Below are positions 49,589 through 61,600 of a stretch of DNA of 64,000 nt, one piece after another. The notes below the pieces were generated by a model. The model did no database searches and had not been told where the DNA came from. It saw nothing but the letters and a program-made list of their open reading frames with translations. Source of the stretch: Balanoglossus misakiensis. Taxonomy: Eukaryota > Animalia > Hemichordata. The stretch lies in the NCBI GenBank assembly GCA_040954595.2, contig CM082580.2, forward strand, positions 9,030,390 through 9,094,389, in the 5' to 3' direction. Position 1 is the stretch's first letter. Every line of letters starts with the position of its first letter. Made by a program: the position numbers and the translations under genes.

Positions 49589-52414
49589 GAAGCGACCAAA
49601 AGTCGTAAGGGGGGGGGGGGGGAATATTCCTTTTACTAGTATTTTATGCTGTGATTTAATTCGTTCTCCTTTACATAATTATGAAAATGTTGTTAATAAA
49701 CGCCCAGCGTGGTTCAACAATGCATATACAGCCTCGTTAGTGCCTTATTGTTTTCTTACAATTCGTTCTGACTCCCCGTTGGGGAGTCGGCGCTGGGGGC
49801 CCGGGATACTGGTAGTCTGGGCCTTACCGAGTAGACGCTAGTTGATATCCCCGCTCTGTAGTGGACACAACTGAGGTGTTGCCATACTTGATTAAAAAGG
49901 GATTTGACCGATAAAATTATCGTAAAATTATTTGGAAACAGGCTAGCGATCATCTCAAAAGTCTGAGTCCACGGATTAAAGGTGAATAATGCGTATAAAA
50001 GTAATTTGGTTTTCGAACTTTGACGCTTGAACGTCGCTTGGCAAGTTGGTTACTCGCCACTTTAAGTCGATCTACAAGTTTCACTCGTGTCTTTATGAGC
50101 TGTTTCATGTGTGTTTATAGACCCTTAGGTTTGTGGGAGAAGATGACTACGGTATATTATGTGTTAGGAGGGACCGTGCCCATATACCACACCGTCCGCC
50201 TCGCCGTTGGCCCCGCATTCCTTGTGTTGCCTTTACTGCGCATGTGCGCGCGCCCGAGGGTGGTCCTGAATAAATTTCCTGGCTCCGTGAAAACGACCAG
50301 TTGAATCTGTGCCACAACAGGTGGAAACTGAGACCCGAGCGGTCGTCATAGAATTGTTAAAAGTTGTTAACTTACTGGCTGGCACAAATCTCCATAAGAA
50401 GTCCGCGGAAACTTGAAGTAGGGCCATCATACGTAAGTACTTCACATCATCTTTAACTTTTATAGTCGGCAGAGTTAGAATTAAATTAATAGATCTTTTT
50501 GCAGACCCATCTGACAGTTTTCGACAAAACCGTTAGCAACAGTGAGCTTCTGAAATCATGTATACTAGCGATAGCTAACACAGCGCGGGGGTTGAATCCT
50601 AAGAATGCCGGAACGTGAGATTCAGCTACCCGCACCATTGGTCACGTGATATCGGTGGTGTCGTTGTGGATCTGCCCTTCTGTCTTGCAAAAGACTCGAC
50701 GAATTCCTTGATTGGCGAAAAACCACGGAGGAACTAGTATAGCGCACGCTTTTATAGTTTTAAAATCTTCTTCCCTTCCTTTCATATTCTCGATTTCAAT
50801 TGCGATTGTGCGCAGTCAGTTTTCAACGGTAAACGTTTCCATTCACGTTGAAAGTCAATTCATAGCTCGACCAGTTCCCCGTGGCCATACGATCTCACCT
50901 TAGTAATGTGCCATACAATCAATACTGGTATGTATAAAGTGAAAGGTCGGTTATAGTTGAGATTACAATTTTAGCCGTAGACGACCTTCTTGCAACAGCA
51001 GACGCATAGTTGCACATAGGCCTATACCAGCAAGGTTCGTGGATACTTAAAACATTCACATGGTAAACGACTGGAGGTTTCCGCTGTTCGACTATCATGC
51101 TCAACTGAATTTATACTACGCTAAAGGACAACATTTTTTTCTTCATCTAATTTAAAAATAAGAATAACTTTTAAGTTTCCTTAGTCTTTAAAATAAGACA
51201 TTTTTTCCCAAATAACCACTTTAGAACTCATCACTCTTGAAATCAATTGTAGAAGCGACTATTTCGCTGACTGATTCCGACACATTCAATCATCCTGCGC
51301 GCGTTGTTTTTTTCTTTTCTTGTGTCTATCCGGTAACTTTGGATCTCGCCCATGCAAGTATAGGCTTGCTCCAAGTCCATGAGCTTCATCAATTCATAAT
51401 TAATACATTTCAGAAAACTGTGTTCCGAGTCCCTCTGTGTAGCGTGTGCGGAGGATTGCGTTGACGGTAATCGAAACCAAAAGCCCAGCCCTGCATTCGA
51501 AACTCGGCTCAGTACCAAAAACTCGCTCAAAGCAAGCAAAATACATGAAAAGTACTGAAAATCTTTATAAAGACAAAAAATCACCAAGCGACTAGTGGGC
51601 TAAGTGTAGTTAAAAGTCACAGTTCGACCAATTCTCAATACACACGTATTCAATAGATTTCCTGATTGAGTCGCGGACATTATCGTTTCGCTGTCACGCA
51701 GTCAATTATTATAAATGCTGGTATATGAAGGTGGAAGATCATCTGTAAAAGAGCTTGACTCGTATAAAAGGTCAGACGTATGGTGTAATAGAGAGATTCA
51801 CTTAGATATTATTATACATTGCATATGTGTACATGGTATCCGTAATGATGCGTATCCATAATGGTGATTTCAAATTACGGTGTAATTTCACTATAATTGA
51901 ATTCTGACATAACGGCCGCTTTCTAAAAAAGTATACCAGCCTTTTTGGGGATTGCATGACTTTCTCCGATATATGTTGCTATGACGTTTTATTGAATTCT
52001 TTTGTCGAAACGACGGCTTTGTCTGGAAAACGGTTCAGGCGCTGCTGGTGCCAGCACTTACTGACGGTCGTACGTCAGGAATGCCGGCTACTTCACGACA
52101 GCACTACTTTGAACAATTGGTCGCCTGCGTTAAGAGAAAACGGCGCAGGAAAATCCGAAAACGGGTAGTTTTTGAACTATGACCGAACGTCTGTCGGATT
52201 TGAGAACGCTAATTCTCGTGCTGTCTTATTTTCAGGTGGTGGAGATCTTCTGAAAGGGGCAGATGGTGTGTGTGAGATGTGGGTACAATCTTCAACACTT
52301 TATCGAGCATACCACTTCGACCATAGGCGCCTGAGATGGGAAGAGCAGCTTTATTAAAGCAAGCACACGTCCGACTTACGATATTTTATTCGGTTGACCA
52401 ACCACAGCAGTGCA

Positions 52415-53497
52415 ATGGGCGGAAGAGTGAGCAGCGAAAAAGATGGGTCGGTGGAAATGACGGAGAAAGATTCGATTTTAGATAAGTACCGGAACGTTAC
52501 ACCCACTGCTAAACTGGAACTCGGAAATGGAGGTGAAACTGAAGAACCACGCGGTTGCTGGAAATCTATGCTTGGTGTGACGTATGCTCTCCTAAGTGGA
52601 ATTCTCCTCGGTTTGTGCGATACATCGATGTTACTGGGGATCTACGGGGGAATGTCCCCCAGTCAACAAGTGATGATCAAATCAGTCATCATGATCGTTG
52701 TCATGGTGCCTCTAATGATGTATTACTCCGTCAGTATACTGAAAACGAACAGGACAGACGCACTCTTGAACGTCGTCAAGGGAACCATCGAAAATGGAGC
52801 AGACCTGGCGTTTTACTATTCGCTGTCTTACATAGGCATTGGTGACGCCACCGCAATAACGATCGGAGTCGTTCCCATCATAACGCCCATCTTGGCTTGC
52901 ATGCTGTCGACGGACGCATTCAAATTGGTCCACCTGGCCACTCTGGCGGTTAATCTGACGGGAATCCTGCTCATCTCGCAGCCGAGTTTCATTTTCGGGT
53001 CCGCGCAGCACGGCGACATGGACGTGATCGGGTACGTTCTGGCCGTCGCCTCGGGGGCCATGCTGGCCTGCGGAGCCGTATTTACAAAAGTGATGAGTGA
53101 CGACCTGTCTGTCCTGGTGATGATGATCTACAACGGCATTTGTGGCGTCGTCATGACCCTGCCGTTGACGTTCCTTCTAAGTCAAACGTCTCTGTACGCA
53201 GCCTTCGTGAATGACCCCAAAAACGTCGCTTATTTGGTAGGAATGGTAGGGTGCTACCTGCCCCACCTGCTGACGTTCAACCTGGCCCTGCAAGTTGAGA
53301 CGGCCACCAATGTGGCGTTGCTCTTCAACATCCAGGTTGTAGTTGGTTTTGTCGCTGACATCTTTGTGTTCGACGAGAGCGCGAATTGGCTAGAACTGCT
53401 TGGGGCTGGACTGATCTTCTTGAGTTCCGTGATAGTGTCAGTGTCAGCGTGGAGAGATAATACTCGGAAAGGAGAGGGAAACGACCAAATTCATTAA
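52415..53497 (+). CDS. SLC35G-like EamA/DMT transporter, intronless CDS
   Basis: About 360 aa, about 10 hydrophobic segments, YYSLSYIGIGDATAI, GILLISQPSFIFG, LALQVETA motifs. Confidence 0.88.
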   Translation: MGGRVSSEKDGSVEMTEKDSILDKYRNVTPTAKLELGNGGETEEPRGCWKSMLGVTYALLSGILLGLCDTSMLLGIYGGMSPSQQVMIKSVIMIVVMVPLMMYYSVSILKTNRTDALLNVVKGTIENGADLAFYYSLSYIGIGDATAITIGVVPIITPILACMLSTDAFKLVHLATLAVNLTGILLISQPSFIFGSAQHGDMDVIGYVLAVASGAMLACGAVFTKVMSDDLSVLVMMIYNGICGVVMTLPLTFLLSQTSLYAAFVNDPKNVAYLVGMVGCYLPHLLTFNLALQVETATNVALLFNIQVVVGFVADIFVFDESANWLELLGAGLIFLSSVIVSVSAWRDNTRKGEGNDQIH

Positions 53498-54791
53498 CAT
53501 AAACGACTTCTGTAAAGCAATAAGGATTCTTGTAAACACGTCTAGGCTAATGTGTCGAGGGTGTCTGCAGCAAAAGTGCACTCGTAGTATGGCACAAGAC
53601 CTGTAATTCATTTCCTATATGAAGTGTTGGGATCAATATTCATATTTTCCGACATAACGTGTCAGACACAGCTCTCTTCACGCATTCAAGTTTGGTGCGG
53701 TTTTGCTACTTTCACTTTCGCAGGTGGACTTTTCACAGTACATGCAGCTGTTGGTGCGAACGTTTTTTACTGATGCCGATGCCATTTTCCTACCTATCTG
53801 TCGCGTGTGCAACAAATGCCATACTTGCTCATATCGTTGCTGACTGGTGCATTGGTCTTTAAAAAGCTACAGCGCCCACTAGTGTCAAGTTGTCAACATT
53901 AATCAAGCTCTTTTTGAATCAGTTTCGTTTGATTTACTGGTTTTACCTTCATTATTGTATGGAAGAAATAAAAAAAAGTTCTTTTGGGTAGATAATTGAA
54001 TAGCACTGTGTTTTTTCGGTAGTTTTTTTTACCGGCATTTATGTTTTTCCCATGAGCCAACAGTAGCCATTTTGAACGTGTTATCTTATCCATCGAACAG
54101 AAGAGCGAAGACATGTTCGGCAATGTTTTACGTTAACTGGATAGGTCCACGTGGTAATGTATGTGCATGGTTTGTACGCCATACGTTTATACGAGGAACG
54201 TACATTGAGTGTTGAGCCAGTACAGCACATTCATATCCGCATGTACATGAGGCTCGTGTTCCAGTGCGCGTGCCATGACCTTTGTACTATGCATAAATAT
54301 AGTAATTTTCCTGTTGTGATGAGGGCGCCACCAAAGTTGGAATGGACATGAGCAGTCATATACACGTGGCACCCGGCTGGACCAACCTAAGTCCAGAACC
54401 AAGCATGTTATCCGTCATCCATCAGCAGATCCCAGATTATCAGCCGATTTATCACTTTGGGATGACATTGTGACTCACTGCTAACTCACTTTGCGATGTA
54501 AATTAATGGGAAAGATGTGGGGGGAGGGGTCATGTTTTTTTTATTAATAGACTAATATATTGCAGCATTTCCCTTTTTTGCCTCGACATGTTTGTAATAT
54601 TTCAACGGAGTGAAAGGAATAAAAGCTAATGATATATTGGCGCTTGAGCACAAAAGACTACATGGGGAGAGCTGGTGTTCTTTGGTCTGTAAGCTTCCAA
54701 ACTAACCCGAGTGTGTTCGCTACGCATAAACTAATTTCAGAGTTCCAGTCGCCCATATCTCTACAGGGGAGAGTGGTTTTAAGTTCCTGGA

Positions 54792-55829
54792 ATGGCAATC
54801 GGTAGGAACGCACCGGAGCCGGTCGAGCAAGCGGAGTCCGACTGGTTGTTCAACAGCACTCAGCATGCGAATACTAGTTCCACCGAAAAACAGAAGCAAC
54901 ATGACGATTGTAGTGAGGAGGAAAAAGAAGGTACCTGCTGGAAAAGCGTCGTCGGGATAGCGTTAGCCTTGCTCAGTGGATGTTCCATGGCTGTATCCGA
55001 TGTTTTCGCGCTCTACGGAATTCATGGTGGAATGTCACCCCCTCAGATAATGATGGCCAATTCAATTTTCTCAATAGCAGCGACTACATTGCTGTTCATC
55101 TACCGCTCAGTCAACCCCTTCCACTTAAGTCGAAGTGATACTCTATACAATATCGCCAAAGGAATCCTAGAAAATTGTGGCAGCATAACGTACAACTACG
55201 CTATTCCTTTAATTGGGATAGGAGATGCCACAACACTGGCCCTCGGCTTAGCAAATGTTCTACTGCCGTTACTTTCGTGTGTTTTCCTTCACGAGGAATG
55301 TAAATTAATTACCTCTGTGCCCATTGTCATCGGTGTAGCCGGTGCCGTGCTCGTGTCGCATCCACAATTTATCTTTCAATCTGTGGACCAAACGGCATCA
55401 CAGACACTGGGTTATATTCTGGCAATCTGTACAGACTTTATGTACAGCATCGGAGGCTTGTTCACAAAGATGATGAGCGACGAATCGTCGGTATGGATTA
55501 TTTTGTTCTACAATGGTATCTCTGGACTGATTGTCAACATTCCATCATCGTACTTCTCCGGCCGAGCATCTCTTTACGTTCTTTTGCAAGAGAATCCTGC
55601 AAATGTCGGTTTTCTGTTGGGCGTAACAGTGACATACTCATTATACTGCTGGAGCTACAATCAGGCACTGAAGCTAGAGACTGGTGGCAAAGTAACTGTG
55701 CTCAGAAATATTGGCATTGTAGTAACATATGCAGCTGACGTCTTCCTTTTTGGCAAAACAATAACTTGGATGGCACTTACTGGATCCTCGCTCGTTATTG
55801 TCAGTACTTTGGTAGCCTCCAAAATTTGA
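54792..55829 (+). CDS. SLC35G-like EamA/DMT transporter, intronless paralog
   Basis: 345 aa; YAIPLIGIGDATTL, LVSHPQFIF, QALKLETGGKV; collinear with the neighbouring copy. Confidence 0.88.
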   Translation: MAIGRNAPEPVEQAESDWLFNSTQHANTSSTEKQKQHDDCSEEEKEGTCWKSVVGIALALLSGCSMAVSDVFALYGIHGGMSPPQIMMANSIFSIAATTLLFIYRSVNPFHLSRSDTLYNIAKGILENCGSITYNYAIPLIGIGDATTLALGLANVLLPLLSCVFLHEECKLITSVPIVIGVAGAVLVSHPQFIFQSVDQTASQTLGYILAICTDFMYSIGGLFTKMMSDESSVWIILFYNGISGLIVNIPSSYFSGRASLYVLLQENPANVGFLLGVTVTYSLYCWSYNQALKLETGGKVTVLRNIGIVVTYAADVFLFGKTITWMALTGSSLVIVSTLVASKI

Positions 55830-56189
55830 GTAGCAAAGTGGAAACCGGGAGTGAAAACCTTATGACCAACTGGTATTGATGAATGCATGTTCATCAAACA
55901 CATTGGGAAGTAGTTTGCAGTTTTGTATTGATGTTGAAGTTCACGCTTTTGGAAACAAAACGTGAATTGTTCTATACGACCAAAAATACTGTCAATTATT
56001 TCTGAATAATATTACTTCGTTCTCCAGATGTGCCAGTATCTGCAGCCCACCACAGGGAGCTCTTCCTCCTTGTTTTAAGTGTTTGTTGTTATTGAACGAC
56101 GTAATATTTGTTGTTATTGATTGATATAATAAACAAAAATATGTGCGTTTAAAAATATTTGTTGTGTCATCGGTTTGCAAAATTAGGCA

Positions 56190-56329
56190 TACGCCCCCCC
56201 CCCCCCCTTTCACCCAGGACCAAAAAATGATTACCCCACCTTTTGGATTTCAAAATTTAAATGACACCCCCCCCTCCCCCCTTGGATTTTGCCCCCTCAC
56301 CAAGGCCGTAAAAACTGAATGGTCCCTTA
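56190..56329. mobile_element. End fragment of a dispersed repeat, also present at 49341-49378
   Basis: C-runs followed by GGCCGTAAAAACTGAA(C/T)GGTCCCT at both positions. Confidence 0.6.
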
Positions 56330-58684
56330 GTCAGTGATGAAATATATAGGGAGATATCTTGGCTGTTTTTTGGCAGGAATTTTTTACTTACCGTATCAGT
56401 CAGTATTTTGGATGATATATTTAACATGTTGCGCATTAATTTTCATATGTTTATGTCTGTATATATGTCCCTATAAAAACACTTGTCTAAGATGCAACCA
56501 TCTGTTCAAGATAGTGAACATGACAATAAAAAACAAAGAATGACTAAGATTTTTTTCTGAAAATTTATTGCTTTGGTGCACTTAGTAACCATAGCAGTAG
56601 GAAAAGTTGAACTGCAGCAAATAGTTGAAAGTGAAAAACTACAAGTGAGGAAGTGCCTTTAAAGTGATAAAAATCTATATATTATATGAGAGTGATCAAA
56701 ATTTTAAAAAGTTTGATAGTGAAAATTCCTTCAAACTGACATTTCTGATAAACGGTATCCTTATTTATTTACAAACTTATTGTTCATTCAGTTAAAAATC
56801 TTGCCTATCTAGATATCCAAATCATAATTATATATATATATATAATCTGTTTAATATTTCACCAGTACATTATAGCACAAAAATTTACATATTCGAAACA
56901 TCATCCATTTTTAAACACGTTACCACTGTTGTTACAATATCAAAAGAAGCTTTTTTCAATGTTGTAAATATATACACAGGAAGCTATTTATGGCTATGAA
57001 CAACATTATCATGAATGCGTGTTGCCCATATAGTAACCTGAAAATCTACCTTCGCTGTTGGCTTTCAGGCCATCAAAACTGAACGTAAAATGCATTGTTA
57101 CCATCGTCACAACTTTTTACTTCAGAGAGTTAAAGAATCCTGTAATATTAATTACTAGTATACGCAATAAGCACAAACTGACTGAAGATCTGGACCACGC
57201 TGTAACAATTTATTCATGTCACCAATGCATTAAACGTTTTTATAATTTGACACAGAGTTTGTGATCTGTTGGTGTATCGCCACCCCAAATAAATAGATAG
57301 AGAAAGAAAAGAGTTAATTTTACATCTCTAATTCTATTTGCTCCCTGGAAACTGTTCCTCCTGTCCATTTGGCAACCAACAAAGTTTGTGCAGAAGCAAA
57401 ACAATAATCTAAAACACAGAAAAGCAGACAAGTATCCAAGATTATTTGACAATAAAATAAATATTACCTGCAAAATAAGGCAGAGCTTTTCATTGTAAAA
57501 TATAATTATATACACTCAAAAAAACCACAGTGATAACAGTAATCATTGAGATAGTGAACGTTTTGTATCTTTTAGAAATGAAAATTACTACGGTCACTGA
57601 GAATTCAAGGACACAGTCCTGTAGTGCAACCACTTGTGTTGGAATACCGTAGTCACGTCAAAAACGGGTCAAACTAAATTACTAGTAATAGACAGTCCTT
57701 GTGCAATTTCGGAAAGCTATAAATGTATTGAACCAGGTCATAACTTTTGGCACTTTCAGGAAATTATTACCACAAGAAGTTCTTCATGCCTGTTCAGTTT
57801 ACAGATCTATGGTGATCAAATATCAATTGGCAAGTATTTGCAAGCACCATCTGAAATCTGGAGGTCATTTGTGGGCAGGCAACGAACACCCTCACAACAA
57901 AGAAATTGGGATTGCAGTCTCAGATGGCACTGGATCTCTCTGGCTTATTTAAGTCCTGTTTAAATGCAGGATGGGGTGTATTATTTTCACGTCCTAACTG
58001 CAGCTATCAGTTTCATTGGTGACGCAGTACGTAATAAATTGGTTTACAGACATCTTGCTGTTTCAGTTTTGTTCAGTCTTTAAGATGGAGCTACCAATTC
58101 GTTAATATTAACAAATATACAGGATAAATTTAAGAACAAAGTAACAATTGTACTCAAGTAAAGAACCAATACACATTGTACTTCTGTATCTCACGGTCAA
58201 AAGGTTTCGCACTTTCAGTTTGAGTTTGATAGCCATACAAATATTGCTGAAAATTGTCGCCATTGCAGGCTGTGCTTCCATTTGTTTAAAATCAGATGCA
58301 GAGTCAGGCGCTTGTGAAAGTTTTGGCTATTCTCGGCTGTTGTGTTCTCTGTCTTGGCTGTTCTCAGGTGTAGTGTGGGCCCCCCTCCGAACAAAACAGC
58401 CAAGAATCAGCAAAAGTAAGGACAGTGCAGAACTCTACATCAGATTGGTTGTGGTTATGCATCTTTTCCCCCCAAATCATATAAAAAATGACAAATACAC
58501 ATGTAGCATGGAAGTATTCAACTGTTCCTATGGCAACACTTTTTTAAAAATTCTCCTTGACCATAGCACACATGGATGAGAGGCAGCTTTTCTGAGTCGT
58601 GTGGAAGGTCAGTGTTTTCTCTTGGTGGAGAAACAATGGCGGTGGAGAAAAATGGAACAGAATAGAGAGATGATAATTAAGTCT

Positions 58685-61600
58685 TCATGATCTTCTGGGC
58701 TCAAGTTTGTGGGATAATTGTGTAAGCGTTCTCTGGTTGTCAATCACGCTCAGATTTCTGTAGAGAGACAGTAAAACAATATAATGATGCGTTAGTTGAT
58801 TAAGCCAACACTGTCATTAATTAAGAGCATACATTCTATAGTTTTGAGGGAGGGCTATGTTGTATTTAAGAACTAAAAGCATACATCAGTGATGATAAAC
58901 TGCCCTCCTTACATTAGAACATATTTATCTTTGAGGATGTTAGATTGATTGTCATACTTATACTATCGGCCAGACATACCTGACATAGGCTCTAACTTCT
59001 TGGACATTCTTCACGGCTGGTGGCGGTTCCACACGGAATGCCTCGCTGCGACAGTATTTAATGGTACGGATTGTGGATGCTATCATGTGCTGAAAACGAA
59101 AAAAGTAAAACACAGATGAATTTCTGAAAGACGCGAGTTAATACTTCTCTCGATGGAATTAAAAAAGAAGGTACTGACCATTTTCTCAAAGTTGACAAGC
59201 CCATCAAAATAGGTCTTATTGCCTTCATGGGTAAATGTCATGTCCTTCATCAACAACGGCATAAACGGAATGATTGGGGGCTGCATCTTGGCAACGGCGA
59301 GGCGGTAAACACGGTGATTGCGAGACGGATCCAATGTGGTCTCAAACTCTGCAAACATTCTCTTGAATTTATTTGGCAGTTTCTGGCACAATAAAAACAG
59401 AACCAAAAAGAGGACATGTCAGAAAATTTCACTCCACGAGCACATACACCCAAGCAAAGATAAAAACACCTGTCCATGTGAATATGGTCTTCTAATTTAA
59501 AATATCTCACTTTTTTGCAACTTTGATCAAAATCTACTGAATTTTTTTAGTCACTATGCACTTAAAGTTTATCAATTGACTTTAATTTTAATACGTCAAT
59601 ACTTGACAGTTGGACGGTCCTTACCTCCCACGTCTGCGACAGTCTGCTCACTGCAATATTGCTGAGACCCATCACAATGGCGAAGAATGAGTTCATGTTC
59701 TTGTACTCTTTGCAGCTGAGAGACAAAAATCAGATACAGGTCTCAGATTCAGGATTCTCACAAAATTTCAGGGACATATCCTATAGAAATACATATACAT
59801 CTGTATCAGAATCTTATAGGGTCACCAAAAGAATCCTATAGGATCTGTAGGATCTGTAGCTATGGACCATAGTGGGAATAAAATGACTGTGATGTCAGCA
59901 GAGTACTTACTAGGCAGCTATCTTGATGAATTTACGAAGGAGTTGGACTCTCTTGCCAAGGTTGTTTGTAAGGCACATTTCAGTGACAACCCAGAACTGA
60001 ACTTCGTTGAACCTCCTCAACAGCATCTCCAGGTTGCAGGTGATTTTACTAAATTTATGCCGACCAAATGTGTGATAGATCAACTCGTACTGCAACAGAA
60101 GTGACGAGACACGCAAGAGAATTCAGTGCAAGGAAAGAGATATACGATGGCACTCTTACATTTTAAGATTTGTTTTTCAGTTTTATCATGATTGTAAAGT
60201 ATTATTTTCTGCCAATTCTTGCTGTCTGCAAAAAGACACTTGATTCTTGAGGTGAATGGAGTAATTTGAAACCTAATTCAACATCAAGCCACGGAAAATC
60301 CACACTGGATTTTTGGCAGCTATAGGGGCTTTAATGTACGTTTGCAACCTACCTCATGAACGCAATTCAACAATTCCCAATCGTAGTGTGTCATCTGATA
60401 AGCCACCTCTTTTGTGCTCATCAGTTCGAACACCATACTTGTGCCCATGCTGGGACCTTCCTGCTCAGGGAGTGGCGTCTGGAAAAAAAAATAGGCTCTG
60501 AATCAGAAACATCATTACTGTTTACTAATAAACATGTTCATTCCTGGAAAAAGATTAGAAATTAGAAACAGATTTTCATTGAAACAATTAAGCTAATTAA
60601 AAGACATGTCTGTAATTCTACAAAGGGGTTGTGCACATTAACTTTTGTTAAAATGAAGTACTGAAGGATGTGAATGAGTTGACGACATGCAAATTTATTC
60701 ATGACCAATGGGAATTCTCAGATCATTTACTTCAGAAAGAAAACTGACAAGTGACTTACCAAGGCATCTAAATGTTCCCTGCTTGCGATGAATAAACGTC
60801 CATTCAGACTCAAAGTGGACGTCACTCCAACTTCACTTTCCTTGATCACAACTCGCTCTGATCAACCCAAAAATACAGAAAATTTCTTGTTACATTTTTA
60901 TAATACTTGGCCTGCAAGCCGTTGGTATGGTAATTAACCAAGTCTCGCGAGATCTGGCAAATAGTCGAAAACCATATATTCGTTGATTACACCAGCATTG
61001 ATGACAATTCATCTTACCCCCAGTTGACTTCACCTCGCACAGCACAACGTCATTACCAATACAGAGTTTATCAGCGGCGTGCTGGGCGATGACCCCGGCC
61101 TTGGTATCCATGGGCAACCTCAGCGTGGTGTATGTGTGGTCCGCGCAGTACACTTTGAAGATGTCTGTCGTACGAAAGGGAAAAAAAAACATGCCCAAAG
61201 GATATTAATTTTAAGGAGAATCATTTTCACAACTGTGATAGAAATTTGTGTGTGATATAGAACATCCTGCCCAGGAGCCAGAGCTTTTATTTCCACTCCA
61301 CAAACCAACGCAAAATATTTTGAGAAGTAGAAGTTGCCAAAAAGGGGACTGTGATTTACGATGATGGATGAGAATGACCAACAAAAACTGTACAGTAATC
61401 AATATGCTGTTATAATGCAACAGTGTAGACTACGGGTGAACACCCATATTAAACATGCACCAGTTAAACATCAAACTGAAACCAAGAACGCCAGACTCAC
61501 TTTCATCAGTTGGCTTAAAGGCTCTTCTTCGAGTACCCCTAATTGCATCAGTAGAAATGCTGCCTTCTTTTGGAAGCTTCCTCATCATATCCGTCAAACC

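Noticed and set aside
48750-53890. CTCF-like motifs (AGAGGGCGCTG near 48821, CAGCGCCCACTAGTG near 53870)
   Set aside because: Partial matches only; cannot be told from chance without a PWM scan or ChIP data
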